Shown here one piece after another: positions 40,122 to 52,266 of a DNA stretch of 64,000 nt; position 1 is the first letter of the stretch, and each line of letters starts with the position of its first letter. The translations under genes were made by a program, and so were the position numbers. The DNA is taken from the NCBI GenBank assembly GCA_044224495.1, contig JBGAKG010000005.1, positions 44,711-108,710 of the forward strand. Direction: 5' to 3'. The DNA comes from Polyangiaceae bacterium. Lineage in GTDB: Bacteria > Myxococcota_A > Polyangia > Polyangiales > Polyangiaceae. Under the pieces are notes generated by a model. It was not told where the DNA came from. It saw only the letters and a list, made by a program, of their open reading frames with translations, and made no database searches.

Positions 40122-41165
40122 TCAGCCGTGGTCCAGCTCGACGACGTTCTCGAGCGTGCCGAGCAGGTCGATGTCGAGCGCCACGACGTCGCCGGGCTCG
40201 AGCCACTGGTTGTCGGTGATCTTCGACCCGTTCAGCTCGAGGAAGCATCCCGTCCCGACCGTGCCCGAGCCGATGACGTCGCCCGGGTACAGCGTGACGC
40301 CGTAGCTCGCGCGCTCGAGGATTTGCGCGAACGTCCAGTTCATCTGCGCGACGTTCCCCTCGGAGACCTGCTTGCCGTTCACGCGCGCGCGCATCGCGAG
40401 GTCGAAGACGGCGCCGTTCGCCGTCTTCTTCGTGCGCGGGGCGAGCTCGTCGAGCGTGACCAACCACGGGCCGAGCCCGGTCGCGAAGTCCTTGCCCTTC
40501 GCGGGCCCGAGCGAGAGCTTCATCTCCTCCATCTGGAGCGTGCGCGCCGAGAAGTCGTTCATGATCGTGAGGCCGAAGATCGCCTCGTCCGCGTTCGCTG
40601 CGGTGAGGTTCCGCGCTTCCTTCCCCACGACGATCGCCGCCTCGAGCTCGAAGTCGAGCTTGTCGAGGTGGAGCTTCATCACCCGCAGCGGGCCGGGCCC
40701 GATCACCGCCTGGTGGTTCGTGAAGTAGAAGACCGGGAACTGATCGAACTCGGGGATCATCTCGAGGCCGCGGTTGCGGCGCGCCGTCTCGACATGCTGA
40801 CGGAACGCGTAGCCGTCGCGCATCGACGGCGGGCGCGGGATCGGCGCTTCGAGCTTCACGCTCGCGAGCGGAAGAAGAAGCGGCGCACCCTCGAAGGTCG
40901 CCGGGAGCTTCCCCGCCGCGTGCTCCGCCACGATCGCGTCGGCAGCGGCGCGCGCGGCGGCGGCGTGCTGAACGAAGCCGAGCACCCCCGCGCCGTAGCG
41001 ATCGACGACGTGCGCGGTGTCGCACGGGCGACCTGCCGCGTGCTCGTGCCACGCGAACGCGCGGGCCAGGTCCAGCACGCTCGCGCCGCTGGTGGTGGGA
41101 TCGCCGAGGACGATGCCTCCGCGAGGGTGGCCGTGCGCATCGGTGCGGTAGGTGACGAGCTTCAT
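40122..41165 (-). CDS. Fumarylacetoacetate hydrolase (FAH) family protein
   Basis: IFGLTIMNDFSAR, GKDFATGLGPWLVT, DVIGSGTVGTG motifs of FAH fold. Start at ATG index 187 of track ORF. Confidence 0.8.
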   Translation of the reverse strand: MKLVTYRTDAHGHPRGGIVLGDPTTSGASVLDLARAFAWHEHAAGRPCDTAHVVDRYGAGVLGFVQHAAAARAAADAIVAEHAAGKLPATFEGAPLLLPLASVKLEAPIPRPPSMRDGYAFRQHVETARRNRGLEMIPEFDQFPVFYFTNHQAVIGPGPLRVMKLHLDKLDFELEAAIVVGKEARNLTAANADEAIFGLTIMNDFSARTLQMEEMKLSLGPAKGKDFATGLGPWLVTLDELAPRTKKTANGAVFDLAMRARVNGKQVSEGNVAQMNWTFAQILERASYGVTLYPGDVIGSGTVGTGCFLELNGSKITDNQWLEPGDVVALDIDLLGTLENVVELDHG

Positions 41166-41213
41166 GGCGGCTCCCTTTTCGCAAGCGACGCGTGCTAAAC
41201 GCAAGGCCGAAAC

Positions 41214-41687
41214 GTGTACCTGAGACTCCCCAAAGCCGCCCTCGGCGTCCTCCGCGAGGTCGGGCGCCACATCCTCAAGCGACCGGTCGTCGGTGTGGCC
41301 GCGATCGCGCGGGACGGGGAGGGGCGCATCCTCCTCGTTCGGCGCGGGGACACGGGCACCTGGGCGCTCCCGGGCGGGACCCTCGAGTGGGGTGAGACGC
41401 TCGCCGCGACCCTCCCGCGCGAGCTCGCCGAGGAGTGCGGGGTGGACGCTCCGACCGCGGTCGAGGTGTGCGGCGTCTACTCGCGCCCCGACCGGGACCC
41501 GCGCTTCCACGCCGTGACCGTCCTGGTTCGGTGCCGCGTCGAGGGCCCGGCCCGCGGCCCGAAGAACGTCCTCGAGATCCGGGAAGCCCGTTTCTTCGCC
41601 CCGGCGGACGTGCCCGCCGAGCTGGCCATGTCGATGACCGACATGCTCGCGGCCGGGCTCGCCAACGGTCCCGTCGTCCTCGAGTGA
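41214..41687 (+). CDS. NUDIX hydrolase
   Basis: Nudix box GGTLEWGETLAATLPRELAEECG. Confidence 0.7.
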   Translation: MYLRLPKAALGVLREVGRHILKRPVVGVAAIARDGEGRILLVRRGDTGTWALPGGTLEWGETLAATLPRELAEECGVDAPTAVEVCGVYSRPDRDPRFHAVTVLVRCRVEGPARGPKNVLEIREARFFAPADVPAELAMSMTDMLAAGLANGPVVLE

Positions 41688-41721
41688 GATCCTTTCGCCG
41701 GCTCGGGCGTACACGCCCGAC

Positions 41722-42864
41722 ATGGAGACGATCGGCGAGTACAGGGTCGTTCGGTTGGTGGGTGAAGGTGGGATGGGGAAGGTCTACGAGGCCGAAGAGC
41801 GCCTCTCGGGGCGCCGCGTCGCCCTGAAGGTCCTCCGCCCCGAGCTGACGGGCGACGACGAGGGCCGCCGCCTCTTCACCAACGAGATGAAGATCCTCGC
41901 GCAACTCGAGCACGAGAGCCTGGTCCGCAGCCTCGCGTCGTTCGAGCACGAGGGCCGCTTGGTGCTCGTGCTCGAGTACCTCGAAGGCGAGACGCTCCGG
42001 AGCCGCCTCCAGCGCGTGGGCAAGCTCGGTTGGATGGACGCGGTCGGCATCGCCGCCCGCATCGCCGCCGCGCTCGAGGTCGCGCACGAGAAGGGCATCG
42101 TCCACCGCGATCTCAAGCCCGAGAACGTGATGCTCGTCGGTGCGCCCGGGGAAGGCACGGCCGCGAAGGTGATGGACTTCGGTGTCGCCAAGATCCTGTG
42201 CGCGCACACGGGGAACGTCCCGTCGCAGAGCGTGGGCACGCTCCAGTACATGAGCCCCGAGCAGATCGACGCGAAGCCGATCGATGGCCGCAGCGATCTC
42301 TACGCGCTCGGCCTCTTGCTCTACGAGATGATCGGCGGCGCTCCGCCGTTCCGCTCCGCGTCCCCGCGCGAGCTCCTGAACCTCCAGTGCACGGCCACGC
42401 CCGCGCCGCTCCCGAACGCGAGCGAGCTCCCGCGCGGCGTGCGCGAGCTCGTGACGAAGCTCCTGGCGAAGGCGCCGGGCGACCGCCCCCCGACGGCCGC
42501 GGACGTGAGCCGGACGCTCGCGCCGTTCCTGCCGGACGCGCCCGAGCCGCTGGCAGCCAAGGCCGAGACCGAAGCCAAGGTCGAGACCGAAGCCAAGGCC
42601 GAGACCGAAGCCAAGGCCGAGACCGAAGTCAAGGCCGAGCCGACGCAGGAGCCCAAGGCCACCGCGGAGGCGCGCACGCCGATGCCCGCGCCGAAGCGTG
42701 CGCCGACCGCCCGCGCGTCGCGCGAGGTCGCGAACCGCAAGGCCGTGGTGGTGCTGCTCACGGCGGGGCTCCTCTCGTTCGCGCTCACGTTCGCCGTTCG
42801 CCAACAAATGGCGGAGGGAAAGAACTTTTCCGAGGCTGTCTCGTCCCTGGTGAAAACGCCATGA
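41722..42864 (+). CDS. Hanks-type Ser/Thr protein kinase with C-terminal TM anchor and (AKAETE)n repeat linker
   Basis: GEGGMGKVY, VALK, HRDLKPEN, DFGVAK, SPEQ subdomains; 18-bp in-frame tandem repeat; C-terminal TM helix VVVLLTAGLLSFALTFAV. Confidence 0.85.
   Translation: METIGEYRVVRLVGEGGMGKVYEAEERLSGRRVALKVLRPELTGDDEGRRLFTNEMKILAQLEHESLVRSLASFEHEGRLVLVLEYLEGETLRSRLQRVGKLGWMDAVGIAARIAAALEVAHEKGIVHRDLKPENVMLVGAPGEGTAAKVMDFGVAKILCAHTGNVPSQSVGTLQYMSPEQIDAKPIDGRSDLYALGLLLYEMIGGAPPFRSASPRELLNLQCTATPAPLPNASELPRGVRELVTKLLAKAPGDRPPTAADVSRTLAPFLPDAPEPLAAKAETEAKVETEAKAETEAKAETEVKAEPTQEPKATAEARTPMPAPKRAPTARASREVANRKAVVVLLTAGLLSFALTFAVRQQMAEGKNFSEAVSSLVKTP
42556..42639 (+). repeat. 18-bp tandem repeat x4.7 (gccaaggccgagaccgaa) encoding (AKAETE)n inside the kinase gene
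   Basis: Four near-identical 18-bp units plus a partial unit, in frame. Confidence 0.8.
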
Positions 42865-44462
42865 AGCTCCGCAACGTCCTCGCGCTCGCCCTCGTCATGA
42901 CCGCGGCCGGTTCGGCCGCCGCCTTCGCCGTCACGCCGGGAGCTCCCGCCACGACGGCGACGTCGCAGGAGCCCGGTGCCAAGAGCACGAGCGAGGCGCC
43001 GAAGCCTCCGCCGCTCCCGCCGTCCCGCTTCCAGGGCAACGGGACGCTCGCGATCGACGCGCGCCTCGGCCACGACTCCGTCGCCAAGGACGGCACCGGC
43101 GAGACCTACCTGATGGCCTCGATCACGGCTGCCGATGCGAAGAACGTCGCGCCGCCGCTCAACCTGGCGCTCGTCATCGACAAGTCGGGCTCGATGAAGG
43201 GCGACCGCATCGCGCGCGCGATCGAAGGCGCGAGCGGCATCGTCGACCGGCTCCGCGAGGGGGACGTCGTCACCGTCGTCGCGTTCGACACCAAGGCCGA
43301 CGTGGTCGTCGCTCCGACCGAGATCAAGGCCGGCAACCGCGCCGCGGTGACCTCGAAGATTCGCTCGATTGCCCTCGGCGGCGACACCTGCATCTCGTGC
43401 GGGCTCGAGAAGGCGATGGACGCGCTCCAGACCGCCTCCATCACCGGTCCCCACACGTCGCGCATGATCCTCCTGTCCGACGGCGTCACCAACAACGGCA
43501 TCAAGGACATCCCCGGCCTCCGCGAGATGGCCGCCAAGATGCGCGACGGCGGCTTCACCATCAGCACGATCGGCGTCGACGTCGACTTCGACGAGAAGGT
43601 GATGGCCGCGATCGCGAACGAGTCGAACGGCAAGCACTACTTCGTCTCCGACGCGGCCGCGCTCCCGAACGTCTTCGCGCAGGAGCTGGATGGCCTGCTC
43701 GCCACGGTTGCGAACGACGCCGAGGTCGAGCTCGATCTGGCTCCCGGGGTCGTCGTCGATCAGGTCTTCGATCGCACCTTCCGGCGCGAGGTCGACGGCA
43801 CCGGCGTGAAGGTCTTCGTCCCGATGGGGACCTTCGCCGGCAAGCAGGAGAAGACGCTCCTCCTCAAGCTCCGCGTCCCGGTCGACACGGCCGGCGAGCT
43901 CAAGGTCGCCGACGTGCACCTCGTCTACAAGGACAAGGAAGCCGGCGCCGAGGGCAACGTCGCAGGTGCGCTGACGGTGGGCGTCGTCGCCGCCGAGCTC
44001 GCGCAGAAGGACCTCGATCCGTTCGTCGCGGCGCGCGTCGACAAGAGCATGACCGCGAGCACGCTGACCGAAGCGAACAAGCTCTTCGAAGAAGGTCGCG
44101 TCGACGAGGCGCGCGCAGCGCTCCGCGGCCGAAGCGCGACGCTCGCCGCGAACGTCGGGCACCTCGGGGGCAAGCTCGGGGACTCGGACAAGGCGGAGCT
44201 CGAGAGCTCGAACGCCCAGCAGCTCGCGCTCCTCGACCGCGCCTCGGCGAACTTCGCCCCGGCGGCCGAGGCAGCTCCTCCGGTCGTCGGCGGGTTCGCC
44301 GGCGGTGGGAGCGGTACCACCGGTACGGTCGCGGCGACCAAGGCGGCCTCGCGCCCGATGGCCACGGCCACCGCCATCACCGCGACTCCCGCAGCGGCGC
44401 CGAAGGCGGCTCGCGCGCAGGTCCGCGCGAACCAGCAAGCGGCCTCCGATCTCGGTCTCTGA
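42861..44462 (+). CDS. Secreted von Willebrand factor type A (VWA) domain protein
   Basis: ATGA overlap with kinase stop. Signal peptide; MIDAS-like DKSGSM...TVVAFD...LLSDGVTNNG. Confidence 0.8.
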   Translation: MKLRNVLALALVMTAAGSAAAFAVTPGAPATTATSQEPGAKSTSEAPKPPPLPPSRFQGNGTLAIDARLGHDSVAKDGTGETYLMASITAADAKNVAPPLNLALVIDKSGSMKGDRIARAIEGASGIVDRLREGDVVTVVAFDTKADVVVAPTEIKAGNRAAVTSKIRSIALGGDTCISCGLEKAMDALQTASITGPHTSRMILLSDGVTNNGIKDIPGLREMAAKMRDGGFTISTIGVDVDFDEKVMAAIANESNGKHYFVSDAAALPNVFAQELDGLLATVANDAEVELDLAPGVVVDQVFDRTFRREVDGTGVKVFVPMGTFAGKQEKTLLLKLRVPVDTAGELKVADVHLVYKDKEAGAEGNVAGALTVGVVAAELAQKDLDPFVAARVDKSMTASTLTEANKLFEEGRVDEARAALRGRSATLAANVGHLGGKLGDSDKAELESSNAQQLALLDRASANFAPAAEAAPPVVGGFAGGGSGTTGTVAATKAASRPMATATAITATPAAAPKAARAQVRANQQAASDLGL

Positions 44463-44525
44463 GCGGCGTCCGAGCAAGGTGCCAGGTGCGTTGAGATCCC
44501 GCGTCGGCCGCGTCATGATGGTGCC

Positions 44526-46328
44526 GTGGCCAACGCGCCCATCGACGAAGGCCGCACCCTGGAGTCCGCCGACGCGGCTTCGGGTACGCGCGAGCGTCCC
44601 CGGGCCGTTCGGCTGAGCGCGGCGCCCGCGGACGGGCGCCTTCGTTCGTTCGCGCGGGGGCGGACCCGGCCGCGTGCGATTGCGTGGTTCGGGTTCACCG
44701 CGTTCTGGGGACACCTGCGGCACCTGGTCGCCTCCGCGATCGCGACCGAGAACATCGACTCGCGCCAGTGGATGGTGCCGGAGCGAGCCGACGAGCTCCT
44801 CGCGCGCTGCGTCGCCATCCTCGGCGAGGCGGGCGCGAAAGAGGGAGCCACCCTCGCCGCCGCGATGGGCGGAGAGGTCTGGCTCGACTTCGTCGCCGAC
44901 ACCGGCGACGACGTGACGGTCTCGACCGCGGTCGGCAAGCTCGTCGCCCGCGCGTACGAGCTCGAAGACGGTACGGCGCTCCCGCGCGGCCAGGTGCTGA
45001 TGCTCGGCGGCGATCTCGCGTACCCGGTGGCGACCGTGCGCGAGATGACGCGCCGCCTGGTCGAGCCGTGGAACGCGATCTTCGAGGCCGAGGACGACGG
45101 CATCCCGCGCCTGCTGCTCGCCGTGCCCGGCAACCACGACTGGTACGACGGGCTCGACGGCTTCGCGCGCCTCTGTCAGGTGCACTGCGACTTCGAGCGC
45201 CCGCCGCCGCGGCGCGAGACGTTGCACCCCGTGACGAACGAGCACCCGGTCCTCGCGTGGGTGGAGGCGTTCTCGCGTGGCGAGGCGGTGCGGAAGCCCG
45301 ACGCGCTCTCGCTCTACGGGTATTTCCCCGCCCAGCGCACGAGCTACTTCCGGCTCCCGCTCGCGGAGGGCTTGGATCTCTGGGGCGTCGATCGGCAGCT
45401 CAAGCAGATCGACTCGCGCCAGCGTGACTTCTTCCGGAGCGCTCCGCGCCACGCCCGCCTCGTCGTGCTCCCCGATCCGGCGCGCGCGTGGGGCGAGCGC
45501 CGGCCTCACGGGGTGGCGTCGCTCGAAGCGCTCGACCTCCACCCCGAGGCGCAGCGCCTCTACGTTCTCTCCGGCGACATCCACCACTACGAGCGCTCGG
45601 CCGACGGCGAGAGCGTCCACGTCGTGGCCGGCGGCGGCGGCGCGTTCCTCCAAGGCGCGCGCATGGCGAAGAACGGGCGCTACCGGATCGACGCCGAGTT
45701 CCCCGGTCCGAAGGCGTCGGCCGGCATGCTCCGCGCGTTGCCGCTCCACCTCGCGACCGGCGGCGCGGGTTGGTTGATCGTGTGCATCTTCGGCGCGCTC
45801 GAGGCGTGGGCGCTCTGGGCCCACCTCGCGCACGGCATCCGAACCTCCGCTCCGGTCGCCGTGATCATCGGGCTCATCGTGACGGTGAGCACGGTCGGCC
45901 TCATCGGGTGGCGCCGCCATCGCAAGCACCGCATCATCCCGTTCGCGAGCGCGTTCGGCGCGCTCATCGGAGCGCTGCCGCTCGCGATCGGCGTCACCGT
46001 GGATCAAGTCGGCCTCGCGGCGCTCGGGCCCACGTTCGCGTCGCGGATCGCGGTGGTGTGCGCGGCGTGGCTCGCCGCGACGTTCGTGTGCGGCGCGGGC
46101 TTCGGCCTGATGCTCGCCGCGCTGGCACGCCTCGGACTCAACCACGCGCAGCCGTTCGCCGCGCTCGGCATGCCCACCCACAAGCACCTCGTGCGCATGC
46201 GCATTCGCGAGTCGAAGGGGGAGACCGCGATCGACACGTTCGTCATCGGGCAGGTCGATCCGGTGGGTGGAAGCCCGCCCGTCCTCGTCGACCGCTTCAC
46301 CTGGAGCGCGCGTGCGAAGGACGGGTAG
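44526..46328 (+). CDS. Calcineurin-like metallophosphoesterase with C-terminal polytopic membrane domain
   Basis: GTG start. GGDLAYP, GNHDWYDG, GDIHHYE motifs; 4-5 C-terminal TM helices. Confidence 0.75.
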   Translation: MANAPIDEGRTLESADAASGTRERPRAVRLSAAPADGRLRSFARGRTRPRAIAWFGFTAFWGHLRHLVASAIATENIDSRQWMVPERADELLARCVAILGEAGAKEGATLAAAMGGEVWLDFVADTGDDVTVSTAVGKLVARAYELEDGTALPRGQVLMLGGDLAYPVATVREMTRRLVEPWNAIFEAEDDGIPRLLLAVPGNHDWYDGLDGFARLCQVHCDFERPPPRRETLHPVTNEHPVLAWVEAFSRGEAVRKPDALSLYGYFPAQRTSYFRLPLAEGLDLWGVDRQLKQIDSRQRDFFRSAPRHARLVVLPDPARAWGERRPHGVASLEALDLHPEAQRLYVLSGDIHHYERSADGESVHVVAGGGGAFLQGARMAKNGRYRIDAEFPGPKASAGMLRALPLHLATGGAGWLIVCIFGALEAWALWAHLAHGIRTSAPVAVIIGLIVTVSTVGLIGWRRHRKHRIIPFASAFGALIGALPLAIGVTVDQVGLAALGPTFASRIAVVCAAWLAATFVCGAGFGLMLAALARLGLNHAQPFAALGMPTHKHLVRMRIRESKGETAIDTFVIGQVDPVGGSPPVLVDRFTWSARAKDG

Positions 46329-47730
46329 GCGCGGCGCGGCGCTCGCCGGCCTCGTCGCCCTCGCGACCGCGTGCGGCGCCCACGTGAACGCGCCGCGCTC
46401 GTCCATTCGCTCCGACCTGCGCTACGTCGTCGACGCGTCGCGCGGGACGACCATCACCGTCACCGCCGACTTCGCGATCACCGGCGCCTCCGTCGTCGAC
46501 CTGCCCGACGACATGGGGCCCGCGCTCGTGTCGTTCGCCGTCTGGCGCGACGAGCGCTGGGTCGAGCTCCCGGTCCGCGATCGGTTCGACGTCCCGGAGT
46601 GCCGCATCGCGTGCCGGCTCCGCTACGTGCTCGACCTCACGCGCCCGGATCGGAGCCTCGACACGGTGATGCGCGCGAGCGGCGGCGCCGTCACGCCGAC
46701 CTACGCGTGGCTCGCGCGCCCGGAGCCGCTCCCCGTCGGCACCACGCACGTCGACGTGATTGCCCCGGCGCTCCCCGCACCCGACGCGGGCAAGGAGAGC
46801 TTCGTCGACGTTCCCGCCCACTCGGCGGCGACGAGCGTCGGCTTCTCCAACGACGACTTCGCGGAGGGAAGCTTCGCCGCGTTCGGCAAGGTGCGCGTCG
46901 CGCCGCTGGCGGTGCCCGGCGCCGAGGTCGACCTCGTCCGGATCGGCGACGCGCCGAAGCTCGGCGAGCCGGGCCTCGTGCAGTGGGCGCGCGACGCCGC
47001 CGGATGCGTGAGCACCCTCTTCGGGAAGTTCCCCGTCACGCACGCGAGCGTCTTCGTCGTGCCGGTGCGCGACGCGGACGAGGTGGTGTTCGGCAAGGTG
47101 CTCTCGCTCGGCGGGCCGGCCATCCTCGCGCTCACGGGCGAACAGCTCCCGGTCGAAGGGATCCACGACGACTGGGTGCTCGTGCACGAGATGATGCACC
47201 TCGGCGCGCCCACTTTCTTCGGCAAGCTCCGCTGGCTCGGCGAGGGGACCGCCACCTACTACGAGGCCGTGCTCCGCACGCGCTGCGGGTGGCGAACGCC
47301 GGCGCAGCTCTGGGGCGAGTTCGCGCGCTCGATGCCGCGCGGGGTCATGCCGAAGGGGAGCGAGCGCCCGCTCGACGACGGGGAAGGGATCGACGACGTG
47401 TACTGGGGCGGCGCGCTCTTCCTCTGGGCCGCGGACGTGAAGCTCCGCGAGCACGGCTCGTCGCTCGACGACGTCATGCGCGGCGTCCTCGCCGAGGGCG
47501 GCGACGGGACCAAGGTCTGGACGATCGAGCGGTTGCTCGACGCGGGCGCCCGCATCTCCAAGACGACCGTGCTCCGCGAGCTCTACGACGCCTTCGGCGC
47601 CGGACGCGGCCAGATCGATCTCGCGCGGTTGCTCGCCGACCTCGGGATCGAGGGGAAGGGCGACGGCGTGAGGCTCCGCGACGACGCCCCTTTGGCGGCG
47701 GTTCGAAAGGCCATCGATTCGCGCCGCTGA
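46312..47730 (+). CDS. HExxH zinc-metallopeptidase-like lipoprotein
   Basis: Lipoprotein signal RRTGRRGAALAGLVALATAC; HEMMH zinc-binding motif with downstream E (EGTATYYE). Start reassigned to in-frame GTG (index 16), overlapping previous gene by 17 nt. Confidence 0.6.
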   Translation: MRRTGRRGAALAGLVALATACGAHVNAPRSSIRSDLRYVVDASRGTTITVTADFAITGASVVDLPDDMGPALVSFAVWRDERWVELPVRDRFDVPECRIACRLRYVLDLTRPDRSLDTVMRASGGAVTPTYAWLARPEPLPVGTTHVDVIAPALPAPDAGKESFVDVPAHSAATSVGFSNDDFAEGSFAAFGKVRVAPLAVPGAEVDLVRIGDAPKLGEPGLVQWARDAAGCVSTLFGKFPVTHASVFVVPVRDADEVVFGKVLSLGGPAILALTGEQLPVEGIHDDWVLVHEMMHLGAPTFFGKLRWLGEGTATYYEAVLRTRCGWRTPAQLWGEFARSMPRGVMPKGSERPLDDGEGIDDVYWGGALFLWAADVKLREHGSSLDDVMRGVLAEGGDGTKVWTIERLLDAGARISKTTVLRELYDAFGAGRGQIDLARLLADLGIEGKGDGVRLRDDAPLAAVRKAIDSRR

Positions 47731-47751
47731 ACTGCTGACACGTGAACGGGT

Positions 47752-49146
47752 GTGAGGTACCCTGGGCGGGTGTCGTTTCGGAGCAAGCTCGAGCGCCTGA
47801 GTCAGCGGACGGCCCTGCCGGCCTCGGCGCTGCCTGCGATCGAGCCGGTCGGCGAGCCCGAGGTCGATCCCTCCGTGTCGGCATCGGCACCCGCGCCGTC
47901 ACCGATCTCGGCCACGCTCGAGGATCTCCGCGCGCGCATGCGCGCCGTGCTCGCGCGCTCGGTCGAGAAGCGCCCGCCGCGTCCGGTGGACGACTCGGTG
48001 GAGCTCCCCTTCGTCGCCGAAGAGACGGAGCACGGCCTTCGCCACCGGCGCGTGCTCCACTTCGGCGGCTCCGCGCGGGTGGGGCGGGCGCCCGTCGCGA
48101 GCGCGCGCAACGCCGACGCACGCCTCCTCTCGCTCCTGGCGCTCGACCCAGCGCTCGCGGGGCTCTCGCTGGAACGTGCACTCTACATCGATACGGAGAC
48201 CACCGGGTTGTCCGGCGGCGCCGGCACGGTCGCGTTCCTCGTCGGGATCGCGCGCTTCGGGGGCCCGCTCGAGGGACTGATCGTCGAGCAACTCCTGGTT
48301 CGCCAGCTCGGCGAGGAAGCTCCGATGCTCGCGCTCCTGCGCGAGCGGATGGAAGAGGCCGACCTGCTCGTGTCGTTCAACGGCAAGGCGTTCGATCTTC
48401 CGCTCCTCCGCACGCGGTTCGTCCTCGCGCGGATCGCTCCGCCCACGCCGAAGCCGCACCTCGATCTGCTGCACGTCGCGCGGCGGCTGCACAAGCCGCG
48501 GGGCGTCGACTGCCGGCTCGTGTCGCTCGAGGAGCGCATCCTCGGGTTCGTGCGCCAGGACGACTGCCCGAGCGGCGAAGTGAGCGGGCGATACTTGCAC
48601 TTTCTCCGGACCGGAGACGCACGGTCGCTCCTCGGCGTCATCGAGCACAACGCCTGGGACGTCGTGACGATGGCAGCGCTCGTCGGGCTGTACGGCGAGC
48701 CGCTCGCGGGGAGCCAGCTCCACGCGGGCGATCTGGTCGGCGTCGCACGGACGCTCAAGCGTGCGCGCGCCCACGACGATGCGCTGGAGGCCGCCGAGCT
48801 CGCCGCCGCAGGCGGCGCAGGCCCCGAGTCGCTCCGCGCCCGGGCCGAGGTCCACAAGGCGCGCGGCGATCGCGCCCGCGCGCTGGCCGATCTCGAGGCG
48901 CTGCTGGCGGAGGCGCCCTCGGCCGCGGTTCGGCTCGAGCTCGCGAAGCTCTACGAGCACCACGTGAAGGACGCGCCCGGTCTCACGCGAGCGCTCGAGC
49001 TGGTCGACGAGGGCGTCGCGGAGCCGGAGGACGCTCAGGCCAAGCGGCGTTCGCGGCTCGAGCGAAAGCGCGTCGCGCGGAGCCCCCAATCGCCGCTCTT
49101 CCCCGCTGCGCCGGCGAAGCCGAAGAAGCGCGCGCGCTCGCTCTGA
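47752..49146 (+). CDS. RNase H-like (YprB/PF13482-type) putative 3'-5' exonuclease with C-terminal TPR-like region
   Basis: LYIDTETTGLSGGAGTVAFLVG...LVSFNGKAFDLPLL matches exonuclease motifs I/II of the YprB family. C-terminus helical, Ala-rich. Confidence 0.6.
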   Translation: MRYPGRVSFRSKLERLSQRTALPASALPAIEPVGEPEVDPSVSASAPAPSPISATLEDLRARMRAVLARSVEKRPPRPVDDSVELPFVAEETEHGLRHRRVLHFGGSARVGRAPVASARNADARLLSLLALDPALAGLSLERALYIDTETTGLSGGAGTVAFLVGIARFGGPLEGLIVEQLLVRQLGEEAPMLALLRERMEEADLLVSFNGKAFDLPLLRTRFVLARIAPPTPKPHLDLLHVARRLHKPRGVDCRLVSLEERILGFVRQDDCPSGEVSGRYLHFLRTGDARSLLGVIEHNAWDVVTMAALVGLYGEPLAGSQLHAGDLVGVARTLKRARAHDDALEAAELAAAGGAGPESLRARAEVHKARGDRARALADLEALLAEAPSAAVRLELAKLYEHHVKDAPGLTRALELVDEGVAEPEDAQAKRRSRLERKRVARSPQSPLFPAAPAKPKKRARSL

Positions 49147-49218
49147 CGGGCGCGGCGGGAAGGAATCGGGGGCGACCGCCGTCGGTCGAAACATGGTAAC
49201 AACCGGGCGCGAGGAGCC

Positions 49219-51725
<2,507 letters not shown>

Positions 51726-51726
<1 letters not shown>

Positions 51727-52247
51727 TGCGGCGGGCGGCAGCGCTCGTCTTCCTCGTCCTCTCGGCGTGCGGGTACCGGTCCGTCTACGCGACGCCGGCG
51801 GCAAAGCTCCACGTCAAGCTCGGACGCGTGGCCATCGCCGACGCCGCCGCCGCGAGCGAGGTCGTGAGCGGGGCGCGGGAGTACCTCGCGCGCGAGGGAG
51901 CGCTCGCGAGCGGCGACGGCTTCCCCGCGCTCGAGGTGGACGTGCTCCGCGTCGACGAGACGAGCGAAGGCATCTCCGCGACGGCAGCGAACGAACCGCG
52001 CGCGCGCGCGACGAGGCTCGGGGTCCTCGGCCGCGCGACGGTGGTCCCGCGCGACGGCGGGGACGCCACGACCGACACGGGAGACGTGCGCGCGAGCGAG
52101 CTCGTGGCGGTCCCGCTCGATCCGGCGGCGGAGCTCTCGGGGCGGAGCGACGCCGTGCGAGCGATCGCACGCAAGCTCGGGCAGAAGCTCGCTGCGCGAG
52201 CGCTGGGGCACCCGGAAGCGGGAGAGATCGAAGCGCAGGATCCGTAG
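51726..52247 (+). CDS. lptE: LPS-assembly lipoprotein LptE (RlpB)
   Basis: Start overlaps leuS stop (TGATG); lipobox LSACGY; conserved leuS-lptE synteny; size 173 aa. Confidence 0.6.
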
Positions 52248-52266
52248 TCCCAATCGGGGACTACGG
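52242..52266. other. 9-10 bp stem-loop (ccgtagtcc / ggactacgg) spanning the stop codons of convergent lptE and DUF72 genes
   Basis: Perfect inverted repeat; no U-tract. Possible shared attenuator/terminator hairpin. Confidence 0.35.

Noticed and set aside
42321-46406. 1361-aa minus-strand ORF
   Set aside because: Antisense to kinase/VWA/phosphoesterase genes; low-complexity.
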